DNA from: an uncultured Eubacteriales bacterium
GTDB lineage: Bacteria; Bacillota; Clostridia; Christensenellales; CAG-138
DNA: 64,000 nt
Reading direction: 5' to 3'
Assembly: GCA_900540495.1 (NCBI GenBank)
Contig: UQGA01000007.1
Location: 1,662-65,661, forward strand
A model generated the notes under the pieces. That model searched no databases. It worked only from the letters and a program-made list of their open reading frames with translations, and had not been told where the DNA came from. The position numbers were made by a program, and so were the translations under genes. This document shows, piece by piece, positions 35,688-44,657 of the stretch (its first letter is position 1; every line of letters starts with the position of its first letter).

Positions 35688-37820
35688 ATGAAGCGAAAGC
35701 TGCTGTGGCCGGCGTTGTTGAGCCTGGTGCTCGTGCTGGCGATGTGTGCGTTCTGTCCGCCCGCGTTTGCGGACGACGAGGTGCGCATCGAGGTGACGGC
35801 GGACCCGACCGAGCTGTCCGAAGGCGGCCCGGTGCTGTTTACGTTTGAAATCTCCAACTATTCCGATTTTGAGCTGCACGAGATCACCATCGGTCTTGAC
35901 AATGCCATCTTTACCATCGAGGGAATGGAGGGGGCCGTTATTCCGCCCGGCGGTTCGGCGACGTTTCCGCTGCTTTATGAAGTGCCGGATTCCAAGATCG
36001 GGCTGGAACTGCTGTTTCAGGTGAGCTGGCTGCGCTACGGGGAGCCGTTCACCATGGAGGTGCCGGTGACCATCGCGCGCGCGGTGGAACCGATCATCAC
36101 CATCACGCGCACGGTGGACAGCGCGTACGCCAAACAGGGCGATACGATCATCCTGACGTACGAGCTTGCCAACGAAACCAAGTTTGACATGACCAATATC
36201 ACGGTCATCGACGAGCAGATCAGCGACAACGCCATCCTGCGCAACCACACGCTCAACGCGGGCGGCACGCTTTCCCAGTCGTATGTCTATACGATGGGGG
36301 AGGACGACGTGGTCTCGGCGCCCATCGTCACCTATGACGTCAACGGGAAGACCAAGTCGTTTTCCGCCATCGAGCCCATCACGCTGTCGATGGTGCTCGT
36401 GCAGATTGATCTGAACGTGGAGATGGGCACGCCCGCCGCCACCGGCGTACCCTTCACCATCACCGCCGTGAACAACGGCAATCAGACCGTGACCGATATT
36501 CGCATTACGGACGAGCTGGGCAACCCCGTACACGAGGGCTCGTTTTCTCTCGATCCGGGCCAGAGCCGTTCCTATTCCTATCTCGTCGTCCCCGTCTCCA
36601 CGGAACCGGTGCGCAACGTCGCCTTCCATCTGACGGGGACCGACGCGCTCGGCGAGGCATACGAGCCGGAGTACGAGCAGACCTATGAGGTGCATCCGTT
36701 TGTGGACGATTCGCAGCTCAGCGTGACCCTGTTGCCGGAGATCCTGGAGCCATGGACGGCGCAGACCGGCGCCGTGCGCGTGCGCGTAATCATCCGCAAC
36801 ACCAGCGCCGTCGAGCTGATCAACGCCGTCCTGTCGGAATCCACGCTGGGCGATCTGGCCACATACGATGTGCTCAACAACGGCGATACGATCTTCGAAC
36901 AGGAACTGGTCATCGGTTCGCCGCGCAACCTGACGTTTTCCATCAAGGCCGTGGACCCGGCCGGCACGGAGCGCGTGCTGACCGGTGCGATGCTCACCGT
37001 TGCCTATCCCACGGCAACGGATACGCCTGCGCCCACCATGCCCGCGGCGGAGTTGCCAACGGAAGGGATCGCCGGGGGATGGAACAGCACGCTCGTCATC
37101 GTGCTCATCATCGTCGGCGCCGTCATGCTCGCGGCGTTTACAGCGTTGATCATCCTCGCCGTGCTCGAACACCGCAGGACTGGCGGCATTGCGCTGGACG
37201 ACGAGTTGGAAGATCTGGACGAGCCGGACGAATCGATCGACCTTGCATTTGACGAGGATCCCGTCCCGCCGGGACCTGCCCCGGCCCGGACAAGCAGCGG
37301 TCAGCGAACGGCGGAGGAGTTCGTCCGCATTGCCGAGGAGCGCCGCCAGCGGTTTGTGCCCACAAAACGACCGCTGATGCCCACCGTGGTGCCGGAATTT
37401 GACGATGGCCTCACGCACCGCAGCGAGGAGACGCCGCCGCAGACGACGGCGCGCCAGCCCATCGTCGCGCCGCCGCCGTCACAGCAGGCGCAGCAGCCGG
37501 CGTGGACGCCGCCACAGACGACGGCGCGCCAGCCCATCGTTACGCCGCCGCCGTCACAGCAGGCGCAACAGCCGGCGTGGACGCCGCCGAAACAGCAGCC
37601 TTCTACGCAAGCCACCTATCGGACGTCGCCGCCGTTTACACCGCCGTCTGCCCGGTTAACCACGCCGACGTCCGCCGGCGGGGATCTGCTCACGCCGCAG
37701 GAAGCGGCTGCCCGCGCGCCGAAGCGGATATCGCTTCGGCCGGAGCCTGCCGTGCGCGTCAAACAGAGGGAGACGGTCCGCCGCGTCCCACATGGGGAAG
37801 AGGAGCAGGAGCATGAGTGA
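35688..37820 (+). CDS. Type I membrane protein: signal peptide, four Ig-like (DUF11/CARDB-like) repeats, TM segment, disordered P/Q-rich cytoplasmic tail
   Basis: Signal peptide MKRKLLWPALLSLVLVLAMCAFCPPAFA. Four units of about 100 aa sharing a G..v.ft..i.N.s...l..i.i.D pattern. TM segment STLVIVLIIVGAVMLAAFTALIILAVL. The tail carries a duplicated PPQTTARQPIV.PPPSQQAQQPAWT. Confidence 0.7.
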   Translation: MKRKLLWPALLSLVLVLAMCAFCPPAFADDEVRIEVTADPTELSEGGPVLFTFEISNYSDFELHEITIGLDNAIFTIEGMEGAVIPPGGSATFPLLYEVPDSKIGLELLFQVSWLRYGEPFTMEVPVTIARAVEPIITITRTVDSAYAKQGDTIILTYELANETKFDMTNITVIDEQISDNAILRNHTLNAGGTLSQSYVYTMGEDDVVSAPIVTYDVNGKTKSFSAIEPITLSMVLVQIDLNVEMGTPAATGVPFTITAVNNGNQTVTDIRITDELGNPVHEGSFSLDPGQSRSYSYLVVPVSTEPVRNVAFHLTGTDALGEAYEPEYEQTYEVHPFVDDSQLSVTLLPEILEPWTAQTGAVRVRVIIRNTSAVELINAVLSESTLGDLATYDVLNNGDTIFEQELVIGSPRNLTFSIKAVDPAGTERVLTGAMLTVAYPTATDTPAPTMPAAELPTEGIAGGWNSTLVIVLIIVGAVMLAAFTALIILAVLEHRRTGGIALDDELEDLDEPDESIDLAFDEDPVPPGPAPARTSSGQRTAEEFVRIAEERRQRFVPTKRPLMPTVVPEFDDGLTHRSEETPPQTTARQPIVAPPPSQQAQQPAWTPPQTTARQPIVTPPPSQQAQQPAWTPPKQQPSTQATYRTSPPFTPPSARLTTPTSAGGDLLTPQEAAARAPKRISLRPEPAVRVKQRETVRRVPHGEEEQEHE
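37434..37583 (+). repeat. 75-bp tandem duplication (2 units, near identical) inside the tail-coding region
   Basis: Units 37434-37508 and 37509-37583 differ at only a few positions and encode PPQTTARQPIV(A/T)PPPSQQAQQPAWT. Confidence 0.9.
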
Positions 37821-38481
37821 ATTTACCGGCTGCCCGGAGGAGATGTACCGGTTCTTCTGGGAGATTGCGTTTCAAAACCATCGGGAATTTTTTGAGGCCA
37901 ATCGTGAGCGGTATCGGACGCTCGTGCAGCAGCCCATGCTGGCGCTTGCCGAACGGCTGTTGCCCACGGCGCTTTCGATTGACCCGCGCTTTCAAACGCG
38001 CCCGTCGGCCATCGTATCGCGCATTCGGCGGGATACGCGTTATACGAAGGACAAGTCCCCCTACCGCGACCATGTATGGCTCGGGTTCAAACCCGCCGGC
38101 ATGCGCACGAGCGAATGCTTTGTTCTCTATGCGGAGTTTGAGCGCGAGCGGTACGGCTACGGCATGGGCATGTATGCGCCGGAGCCGGCGCTCATGGCCG
38201 AGCTGCGCGCCCGGATGCTCGCACGGCCCAAACACTTTTTGGAGCTCGTGGAGGAGCAGCGGTTTCGGGAACGCTTTGAGGTCTTCGGCGAGTCATACCG
38301 CAGGCCGCGCTTTACAGGGTGCGAGGCGGCGTTGCTGCCATGGGTCAACCGACGCTCGCTGGGGTTTTCCTTCGCTTCTCCGGCGCTGAGCCGCACGTAC
38401 TCCCCCCAAATTGCAGATGAAATTCTCGAAGCGTTTGCCCTGCTTAAGCCGGTATATCGCTTTCTGATGGGGCTTGACTGA
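37813..38481 (+). CDS. DUF2461 (TIGR02453) family protein
   Basis: FFWEIAFQNHREFFEANRERY and SRIRRDTRYTKDKSPYRDHVW match the family pattern. The start overlaps the upstream stop. Confidence 0.7.
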   Translation: MSEFTGCPEEMYRFFWEIAFQNHREFFEANRERYRTLVQQPMLALAERLLPTALSIDPRFQTRPSAIVSRIRRDTRYTKDKSPYRDHVWLGFKPAGMRTSECFVLYAEFERERYGYGMGMYAPEPALMAELRARMLARPKHFLELVEEQRFRERFEVFGESYRRPRFTGCEAALLPWVNRRSLGFSFASPALSRTYSPQIADEILEAFALLKPVYRFLMGLD

Positions 38482-40375
38482 GGTCGAAGATCACAACGGC
38501 GCCGTTGTTGAACACGGCGGCATAGTGCGTCGAAAAGTAGTCCACATCGCATTGATAGTTGGCGCGCTCATAGGGACCGATGTAAACATAATCGATGGAA
38601 TAGGTTTCGCGCAGCGCGGGCAGGGTCGTTTCCGGCTCTTCGAATAGCCCGCGCAGCGCGCTTTCCCGCGCGCTGTAATCCACACCGTGGAAATAGAGGA
38701 ACGTACCGGCGCCGCACACGATATTGCGCCCGGTCAGGACGGCGACGGCATTGTTGTGGTTGTTGTATGTGAGGAAGGTGGCGTCGCTCTCCGTGTTCTC
38801 CTGGATGAACGCAGCCGCCTCGACCTCCTCCGCGCCGATGAGCTGGTATTCGGATACCAGCTCGCGCCCAAGCGTCAGCGTGCCGGACAGGAACAGCGCC
38901 ACGGCGGTCATGCCCGACAGCAGGCGAAGCCCGTGCAGAGGCTGTTTTTGCGCCAGCGTCTGCGTCCGCAGGCGACGATAGGTGCGCACGAGCCACTTGG
39001 CTACGAGCGCGCAGGTATAGGCAAACCAGATGAACAGGATCTTGTTGTTGTCATACGGGTTGGGCTGGAACTGGACCAGCTCTCCGATGCACCAGACGGC
39101 CAGCACGCCGCCATAGACCGCCCGGTCGTGGCGGTCGGCATCGAGAAAGGCGACCGGCAACAATAGGAACAGCAGTCCCCAGTTTTTGATGTAGAACCAG
39201 AGGAAAGAGTCGCTCACGTTGTCCCAATTCCAGTTGAACTGCAAAAAGCTCCCCGCCTGCCGGAATGTGAACAGGAGCAGCTGCGGGAGCGCCAGCACTG
39301 CGACGATGAGCGCGTATTTCAGATATCCGAGCAGTTGCTGCTTGCCCTCGGCGCAAAACAGGCTGCGCATCAGATAGACGGCGCTGATAATCCCGAGCGC
39401 GAGGAAGGAATGCGTATGCACCAGCGGCAGTGCGCCGGCAAGCACGCCGAGCGCGAGGAAAGCCCGCCCGTCCCGTTCAAATGCGCCGCGATAGAGCAGG
39501 TAGAGGCAGGGGAACAGCAGCGCCCAGCCAAACAACGTCGCCCGCTGCGGGATCAGCATGTCCGCGATGGGGTTGACCCAGCGCAGGCCGAAGTCGGGGT
39601 AATTGGTCGGCGTTTCATAAAACGCAGTGAACAGGGTGGAGAGGCGGTCGGGCTGGAATTGCGCCAGGTCAAAAAAGTAGGCAAAGCCAAAACCGCCGCC
39701 GACAAAGAACAACAGCGTTGCCAGACAGGCGATGCGCTTTTCGGACAGCCAGCGCTCAAAGAACAGATATACGCCCATCAGGACCAGCCCGTAGGCGAAC
39801 ATGGCGGGCAGCATCGTCGCAAAGCGCAGATCGGCGCCGAGCACATAGAATGTGGAACTGATGCTGTCGGAAAGGAACGGATAACCCACCGGCGTGTCGG
39901 GGCAGATCGAGTACATCGGCGGGAACGTGCCCTGTTCCGCAATGCTCGTGATGAACCCGAGGTGCATCGACAGGTCGCCGTAGGTCGATTGCCCGACCCA
40001 CAGCGCGCCGTCGCGCTCTATGATGGTGTGCGTGGAGAGCAGGATCACGCCGAGCACGAACAGCGGCAGCAGCGTGAAGAGCATCGGGGCGTCGTCCAGC
40101 CAGGGGGCGCGTTTTTGCGTACGGCGGCGGGCGGCGAGGAAGCAGCCGCATCCGATTGCCGCCGCCGTGACAAGCGCGAGGAGCTGCGCGGTCAGCGTGA
40201 AGTCGATCAAAAAGGCCCAAAGCGCAGGCAGCCACAGCAGCATGACGAGCGCCGATACGCAGCCGAGCCAGACGCGAACGGTCGGCCGCATGTCGGCAAA
40301 AACAAGACGCGCTACGGCCAGACCGCATATGATAAAACAGGCCAGATAGGCCACCGAAAGCAGATCAAGCAGCAA
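38444..40375 (-). CDS. Polytopic membrane protein, GT-C-like (ArnT/PMT-type glycosyltransferase fold?)
   Basis: More than 10 predicted TM helices and an early loop GDLSMHLGFITSIAEQGTFPPMYSICPDTPVGYPFL resembling GT-C family loop 1. Soluble C-terminal domain. TTG start at 40375 after GGAGGG. The track ORF continues upstream to 41269, but that part is antisense to a better gene. Confidence 0.5.
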   Translation of the reverse strand: MLLDLLSVAYLACFIICGLAVARLVFADMRPTVRVWLGCVSALVMLLWLPALWAFLIDFTLTAQLLALVTAAAIGCGCFLAARRRTQKRAPWLDDAPMLFTLLPLFVLGVILLSTHTIIERDGALWVGQSTYGDLSMHLGFITSIAEQGTFPPMYSICPDTPVGYPFLSDSISSTFYVLGADLRFATMLPAMFAYGLVLMGVYLFFERWLSEKRIACLATLLFFVGGGFGFAYFFDLAQFQPDRLSTLFTAFYETPTNYPDFGLRWVNPIADMLIPQRATLFGWALLFPCLYLLYRGAFERDGRAFLALGVLAGALPLVHTHSFLALGIISAVYLMRSLFCAEGKQQLLGYLKYALIVAVLALPQLLLFTFRQAGSFLQFNWNWDNVSDSFLWFYIKNWGLLFLLLPVAFLDADRHDRAVYGGVLAVWCIGELVQFQPNPYDNNKILFIWFAYTCALVAKWLVRTYRRLRTQTLAQKQPLHGLRLLSGMTAVALFLSGTLTLGRELVSEYQLIGAEEVEAAAFIQENTESDATFLTYNNHNNAVAVLTGRNIVCGAGTFLYFHGVDYSARESALRGLFEEPETTLPALRETYSIDYVYIGPYERANYQCDVDYFSTHYAAVFNNGAVVIFDLSQAPSESDIPA

Positions 40376-40528
40376 ATCGGAACCCTCCAACAAGACGGAT
40401 AGTTCCAATATTATAGCACAGCGTGCGCGACATGAAAAGGTTGCAGAACAGCCTGCGAGGCGCCGCCTGGTCCGCCGGCCGTATAGCATGCCCGCTTTGG
40501 GGCAAAGATATGGCGAGGAGGACGACGC

Positions 40529-41086
40529 ATGCTGGAGTTTTTGAGGGAGAACCGCAGGATACTCGTATGTACGGCGCTGGCGCTTTGCGCAGGCGTTCTG
40601 CTGGGCCTTGCACTGCGCTTGCCTGTTGCGGCGGCCGAGCCGTCGCCGGAGGCGGAGCAGGTGGGCAGCATCGGCGAAGCGTCGATCCTGCCCACCACCG
40701 CCATCGAGCGGCAGGTCTGCTATCTGGCCTGCCACCATACGGTGGAACAGGAGATGGGAGATACTTCCCCGTTGATCGGGATGACGCGCCAGGAGCTGGC
40801 CGCAGCCTATCCCGACGCGGCGATTACGAGCTTTACCGCCGAGCGCGTGCGGCTCGTGCTGAGCGTGGACGGCTATTGCCCGGCGCACCTGCTGCTGCGC
40901 GCGGACGAACAGGGCGCGCTTGCGGTATGGCGGATGCAGGAGGACGCGCTTGAGATGCAGCCCGTTTTGACGCTGGCCGCTACGCTCGACGCTTTCGACG
41001 GGGAGACGGCGGCGGCATTGTCGGAGGGCGTGCTTTTTGACAGCATGGACGAGATCAACGCCTATCTCGAAAGCATGGAGAGTTGA
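40529..41086 (+). CDS. BofC-like (BofC C-terminal domain) membrane-anchored protein
   Basis: GAGGAGG RBS, an N-terminal TM segment and the pattern YLACHH...GMTRQELAAAYPDAAITSF...VRLVLSVDGYCPAH reminiscent of BofC_C proteins of spore formers. Recognised from memory only. Confidence 0.45.
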   Translation: MLEFLRENRRILVCTALALCAGVLLGLALRLPVAAAEPSPEAEQVGSIGEASILPTTAIERQVCYLACHHTVEQEMGDTSPLIGMTRQELAAAYPDAAITSFTAERVRLVLSVDGYCPAHLLLRADEQGALAVWRMQEDALEMQPVLTLAATLDAFDGETAAALSEGVLFDSMDEINAYLESMES

Positions 41087-41095
41087 AAGCAGCCG

Positions 41096-41124
41096 TTGCC
41101 TGTTTTCGGAGTTTGTAGTATACT
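41096..41124 (+). promoter_or_regulatory. Sigma-A promoter for proA
   Basis: TTGCCT-17 nt-TATACT. Confidence 0.5.
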
Positions 41125-41139
41125 GGCTACAAACTTTTG
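41110..41139 (+). terminator. Hairpin plus T-run after the BofC-like gene (weak terminator or operator)
   Basis: Perfect 9-bp inverted repeat AGTTTGTAG/CTACAAACT with loop tatactgg, followed by tttt. Confidence 0.4.
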
Positions 41140-41154
41140 AGAGGCGGCATGGCG

Positions 41155-42396
41155 ATGACACTTCTGGAACAGGCGCAACGCGCCAAAGCATCTTCCTACG
41201 AGCTATTAACGACCGATACAAAGGCGCGCGACGGGGCGCTGCTCGCCATGGCGGACGCGCTGGAGGCAAATGCCGACGCGATCCTCGCCGCCAATGAGCG
41301 GGATCTTGCGGCGGCCCGCGCGGCAGGCCGGCGCGAGGCGCTGCTCGACCGGCTGGCGCTGTCCCCTGTGCGCATCGCGGGCATGGCGGGCGGGTTGCGC
41401 AAGGTCGCGGCGCTTCCGGACCCGGTCGGCGGCGCGGATTATGCGGTCCGCCGTCCCAACGGCCTGTCCATTGAAAAAAGGCGCGTGCCCATCGGCGTGG
41501 TCGGCATCATCTATGAGGCGCGGCCCAACGTCACGGCGGACGCGGCCGGACTGTGCCTCAAGAGCGCGAACGCCTGCCTGCTGCGCGGCGGCTCGGAGGC
41601 CATTCACACAAACTCTGCCGTTGTCGATTGCCTGTCCGCCGCAGCGGCAGCGTTCGTACCGGCCGACGCGGTACAGCTTGTGCGCGACACGTCGCGCGAA
41701 ACGGCGGCCGAGATGATGCGCCTGAACGGCTATCTGGACGTGCTGATCCCGCGGGGCGGGGCCGGGCTCATCCGGTCCGTGGTACAGACCGCGACGGTCC
41801 CGGTCATTGAGACCGGCGCCGGCGTCTGCCACACGTATGTGGATGCCGCCGCCGATATCCCGATGGCGGCGGCCATTGTGGCAAACGCCAAGTGTTCGCG
41901 GCCGTCGGTATGCAACGCCTGCGAAACGCTGCTCGTACACCGGGATATCGCCGCGCGCGCGCTGCCGGCGATTGCCGCCGCGCTCGAAGCCGCGCATGCG
42001 ACCGAGCTGCGCGGCTGCCCGCAAACATGCGCCATCCTGCCGCGGGCCCTGCCTGCGACGGAGGAGGACTGGTCGGCCGAATACGGCGATTACATCCTGT
42101 CCGTACGCGTGGTTGACGGCGTGGAGGAGGCCATCCGGCACATCAATCGCTATGGCACTCACCACAGCGAGTGTATCGTGACCGAGCATCTTCCCACGGC
42201 GGAGCGGTTTTTGAACGCGGTGGACGCGGCGGCCGTCTACGTCAACGCTTCCACGCGGTTCACCGATGGCGAGGAGTTCGGCTTCGGCGCGGAAATCGGC
42301 ATCAGCACGCAGAAGCTCCATGCCCGCGGGCCGATGGGGCTGCATGAGCTTACGAGCGTAAAATACGTCGTGCGCGGCGCGGGACAGGTCCGCTGA
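41155..42396 (+). CDS. proA: Glutamate-5-semialdehyde dehydrogenase
   Basis: Catalytic Cys context VCNACETLLVH and an overall ProA-like sequence. The ATG at 41149 is an alternative start. Confidence 0.9.
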   Translation: MTLLEQAQRAKASSYELLTTDTKARDGALLAMADALEANADAILAANERDLAAARAAGRREALLDRLALSPVRIAGMAGGLRKVAALPDPVGGADYAVRRPNGLSIEKRRVPIGVVGIIYEARPNVTADAAGLCLKSANACLLRGGSEAIHTNSAVVDCLSAAAAAFVPADAVQLVRDTSRETAAEMMRLNGYLDVLIPRGGAGLIRSVVQTATVPVIETGAGVCHTYVDAAADIPMAAAIVANAKCSRPSVCNACETLLVHRDIAARALPAIAAALEAAHATELRGCPQTCAILPRALPATEEDWSAEYGDYILSVRVVDGVEEAIRHINRYGTHHSECIVTEHLPTAERFLNAVDAAAVYVNASTRFTDGEEFGFGAEIGISTQKLHARGPMGLHELTSVKYVVRGAGQVR

Positions 42397-42405
42397 GGTG
42401 CTCGC

Positions 42406-43203
42406 ATGGGAAACATCCGTCTGATCGCGCTTGATATCGATTTGACGCTTACTTCAAAGAAGGATGTCATCAGCGAACGCAACCTTGCCGCCATTCGCGC
42501 CGCGCAGGCGGCGGGCGTATTCGTGACCATCGCAACCGGCCGCGGGTTCCTTTCCAGCCGGCGCATCTGGCGCGCGCTTGCAATCGAGGGCCCCACCATT
42601 CAATATGGCGGCGCCATGCTCGTCCATTCGCCGGACGGCACGCCGCTAAGGGTACACGCGCTGCCGCCGGAGCTGGTCCACGATGCGCTGGAGGCGGCGC
42701 ATGAACTCGGCATTCATGTGCAGATTTTCGAGGGCGACACCGTCGTGACTGAGCGGGACTGCGAGTTTTTCCGATATTACTGCGCGCGAACGGATCTGCC
42801 GTTCCGCATTGAGCCGGCGCTGCGCGAGCAGCGCCACGAGAACATCCCGAAGGTGCTTGCCTATACGGAGCCCTCGCTTGCGCCCGAATGCCGCGATCGT
42901 TTGGAAGAGGCGCTGGGCGGGCGCGCGCTGGTGACGATTTCCCAGCCCGGCTTTCTTGAGATCAACGGGCGCGACGTGTCCAAGGGCGCGGCGCTTGCGG
43001 AGCTGGCGGCCATGCGCGGCGTGGCGCAGGCCGATGTCGCCGCCATTGGCGACAGCACGCTTGATCTGAGTATGGTCGAGTGGGCGGGACAGGGCGTGGC
43101 GGTTGCCAACAGCACGCCGGAGGTGCTTGCCGCCGCCGATCTGGTCGTACCCGCCTGCGAGGAGGACGGCGTGGCCGTCTATATCGAGCAATATGTACTG
43201 TGA
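42406..43203 (+). CDS. Cof-type HAD-IIB phosphatase
   Basis: Motif I LDIDLT, motif III/IV GDSTLDLSM and a Cof-type cap. Confidence 0.8.
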   Translation: MGNIRLIALDIDLTLTSKKDVISERNLAAIRAAQAAGVFVTIATGRGFLSSRRIWRALAIEGPTIQYGGAMLVHSPDGTPLRVHALPPELVHDALEAAHELGIHVQIFEGDTVVTERDCEFFRYYCARTDLPFRIEPALREQRHENIPKVLAYTEPSLAPECRDRLEEALGGRALVTISQPGFLEINGRDVSKGAALAELAAMRGVAQADVAAIGDSTLDLSMVEWAGQGVAVANSTPEVLAAADLVVPACEEDGVAVYIEQYVL

Positions 43204-43282
43204 CCTGTGACCGGCCCATGGCGGACTGTCCAGGCCCCCGCCGCTTCGACCGCGCCATGCGCGGCCGTTCGCATGCCGGCGA

Positions 43283-43312
43283 TTGACAAGCCCGCCCCAC
43301 TAACAGTATAAT
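43283..43312 (+). promoter_or_regulatory. Sigma-A promoter for the PrsA-like gene
   Basis: TTGACA-18 nt-TATAAT. Confidence 0.6.
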
Positions 43313-43344
43313 AATGCGGTTAACAAACGCATGAGGTGAACGAT

Positions 43345-44472
43345 ATGAAGCGAATTTCCCTGCTCTGCGCCCTGCTCGCGCTGCTGCTGGCCGCGACGGC
43401 CGTGCTGTCCGGCTGTGCAGCGCAGGACAAGCGCGTCGCCGTTCTCGTGGGCGACCGCGAGATCACGATGCAGCAGTTCAAAAACGCCTATCAGAACAGC
43501 CTGACCTATGCCGCGTTCTATTACGATATGTCCACGGACGAGGGCATCGAGGCCTATCAGGATGAGATTCTTGATTCGCTCATTCAGAGCGAAATGCTCC
43601 TCTACCAGGCCGATCAGGCGGGCATCGTGCTGACCGACGAGGAGGAGGCCGAGGCAAAGACTGAGGGCGAAGAGGCCTATGAATCGTTCTATAACGATTT
43701 TCTTGAGCGGGCCGAAAGCGCCGGCGCATCCGATGTGCGCGCGTATGCCAACAAGCTGCTCACGGAGACGCTCGTGAGCAACGGCCTGACCGTTTCGCAG
43801 GCCAAGCAGTCCTATATCGACAATGCGCGCAACAACAGGATCATCGAGAAGATGCAAAACGCCATCTTTGCGGAGGTCGAGCCGACCGAGGAGGAACTGC
43901 TCGACATGTATGAGGAGGAGCTGCAGGCGCAGAAGGAGCTGTTTGACGAAACGCCGTCGTCCTACTTCACCTATGAGTCATCCGCCACCTATGGCTACAG
44001 CTGCATTCCGCTGTATGTGCCGGATGGCTTTTTCCGTGTGCGGCAGATCCTCGTTGCGGACGAGGAGACGGCCAACGAACTGCACGAGCGCATCGAGGCC
44101 GGCGAGGACTTTGAGACGCTCCTTTCCGAGTACAATATCGATCCCGGCATGGCCGGCGACGAATATCTGGACGGCTATCTCGTCGGAGAGGGCGCCAACT
44201 ATTTGTCGGAGTTTCTCGAGGCGGCGCTGGCGCTTGAAAAGGAGGGCGATGTGTCGCCCGTGGTGGAGAGCAGCAGCGGTTACCACATCATCAAGCGCAT
44301 GCGCGACGAACGTTCGCATGTGATCGAATACGAGGACGAGAAGGAGACGCTGGACGCCTATTTCACCAGCCTTGCCAAGAGCGAGCATTTTGATGAGGTG
44401 CTCGCCGGCTGGATGGAGACGGAAGGGCTTGTTGTGCGCTACGAGGAGTTGTACCGCAGCGTCGGCAAATGA
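43345..44472 (+). CDS. PrsA/SurA-like peptidyl-prolyl isomerase lipoprotein
   Basis: Lipobox LSGC. SurA_N-like helical region plus a parvulin domain (FRVRQILV...GYHIIKR). Confidence 0.8.
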   Translation: MKRISLLCALLALLLAATAVLSGCAAQDKRVAVLVGDREITMQQFKNAYQNSLTYAAFYYDMSTDEGIEAYQDEILDSLIQSEMLLYQADQAGIVLTDEEEAEAKTEGEEAYESFYNDFLERAESAGASDVRAYANKLLTETLVSNGLTVSQAKQSYIDNARNNRIIEKMQNAIFAEVEPTEEELLDMYEEELQAQKELFDETPSSYFTYESSATYGYSCIPLYVPDGFFRVRQILVADEETANELHERIEAGEDFETLLSEYNIDPGMAGDEYLDGYLVGEGANYLSEFLEAALALEKEGDVSPVVESSSGYHIIKRMRDERSHVIEYEDEKETLDAYFTSLAKSEHFDEVLAGWMETEGLVVRYEELYRSVGK

Positions 44473-44493
44473 GCGCCAAAGCATGGAACGCTG

Positions 44494-44538
44494 GACGCCC
44501 GCACGGGAACATCCCGGCGCGGGCGTCTCTGTTTTTTG
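44494..44538 (+). terminator. Rho-independent terminator after the PrsA-like gene
   Basis: gacgcccgc...gcgggcgtc with an inner cggga/tcccg stem, followed by tctgtttttt. Confidence 0.75.
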
Positions 44539-44597
44539 CCCATTTTGACAAAAATAGCCGTGAAAGTGAAGAGATTTTGAAAATCGGGCAGGCGTGC

Positions 44598-44626
44598 TTG
44601 CGCGCTGCTCCAAAACACGGTATAGT
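44598..44626 (+). promoter_or_regulatory. Sigma-A promoter for the ABC/FtsX operon
   Basis: TTGCGC-17 nt-TATAGT. Confidence 0.55.
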
Positions 44627-44657
44627 TACATTATCTTGTGCGGGCAGGGGATAATCG

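Noticed and set aside
40376-41269. N-terminal 298 codons of track ORF 38444..41269(-), which would make the membrane protein 941 aa.
   Set aside because: This part is Arg-rich and non-hydrophobic, and it is antisense to a well-formed plus-strand gene (40529..41086) with a GAGGAGG RBS. A GGAGGG RBS plus TTG at 40375 gives a sensible start directly before the first TM helix.
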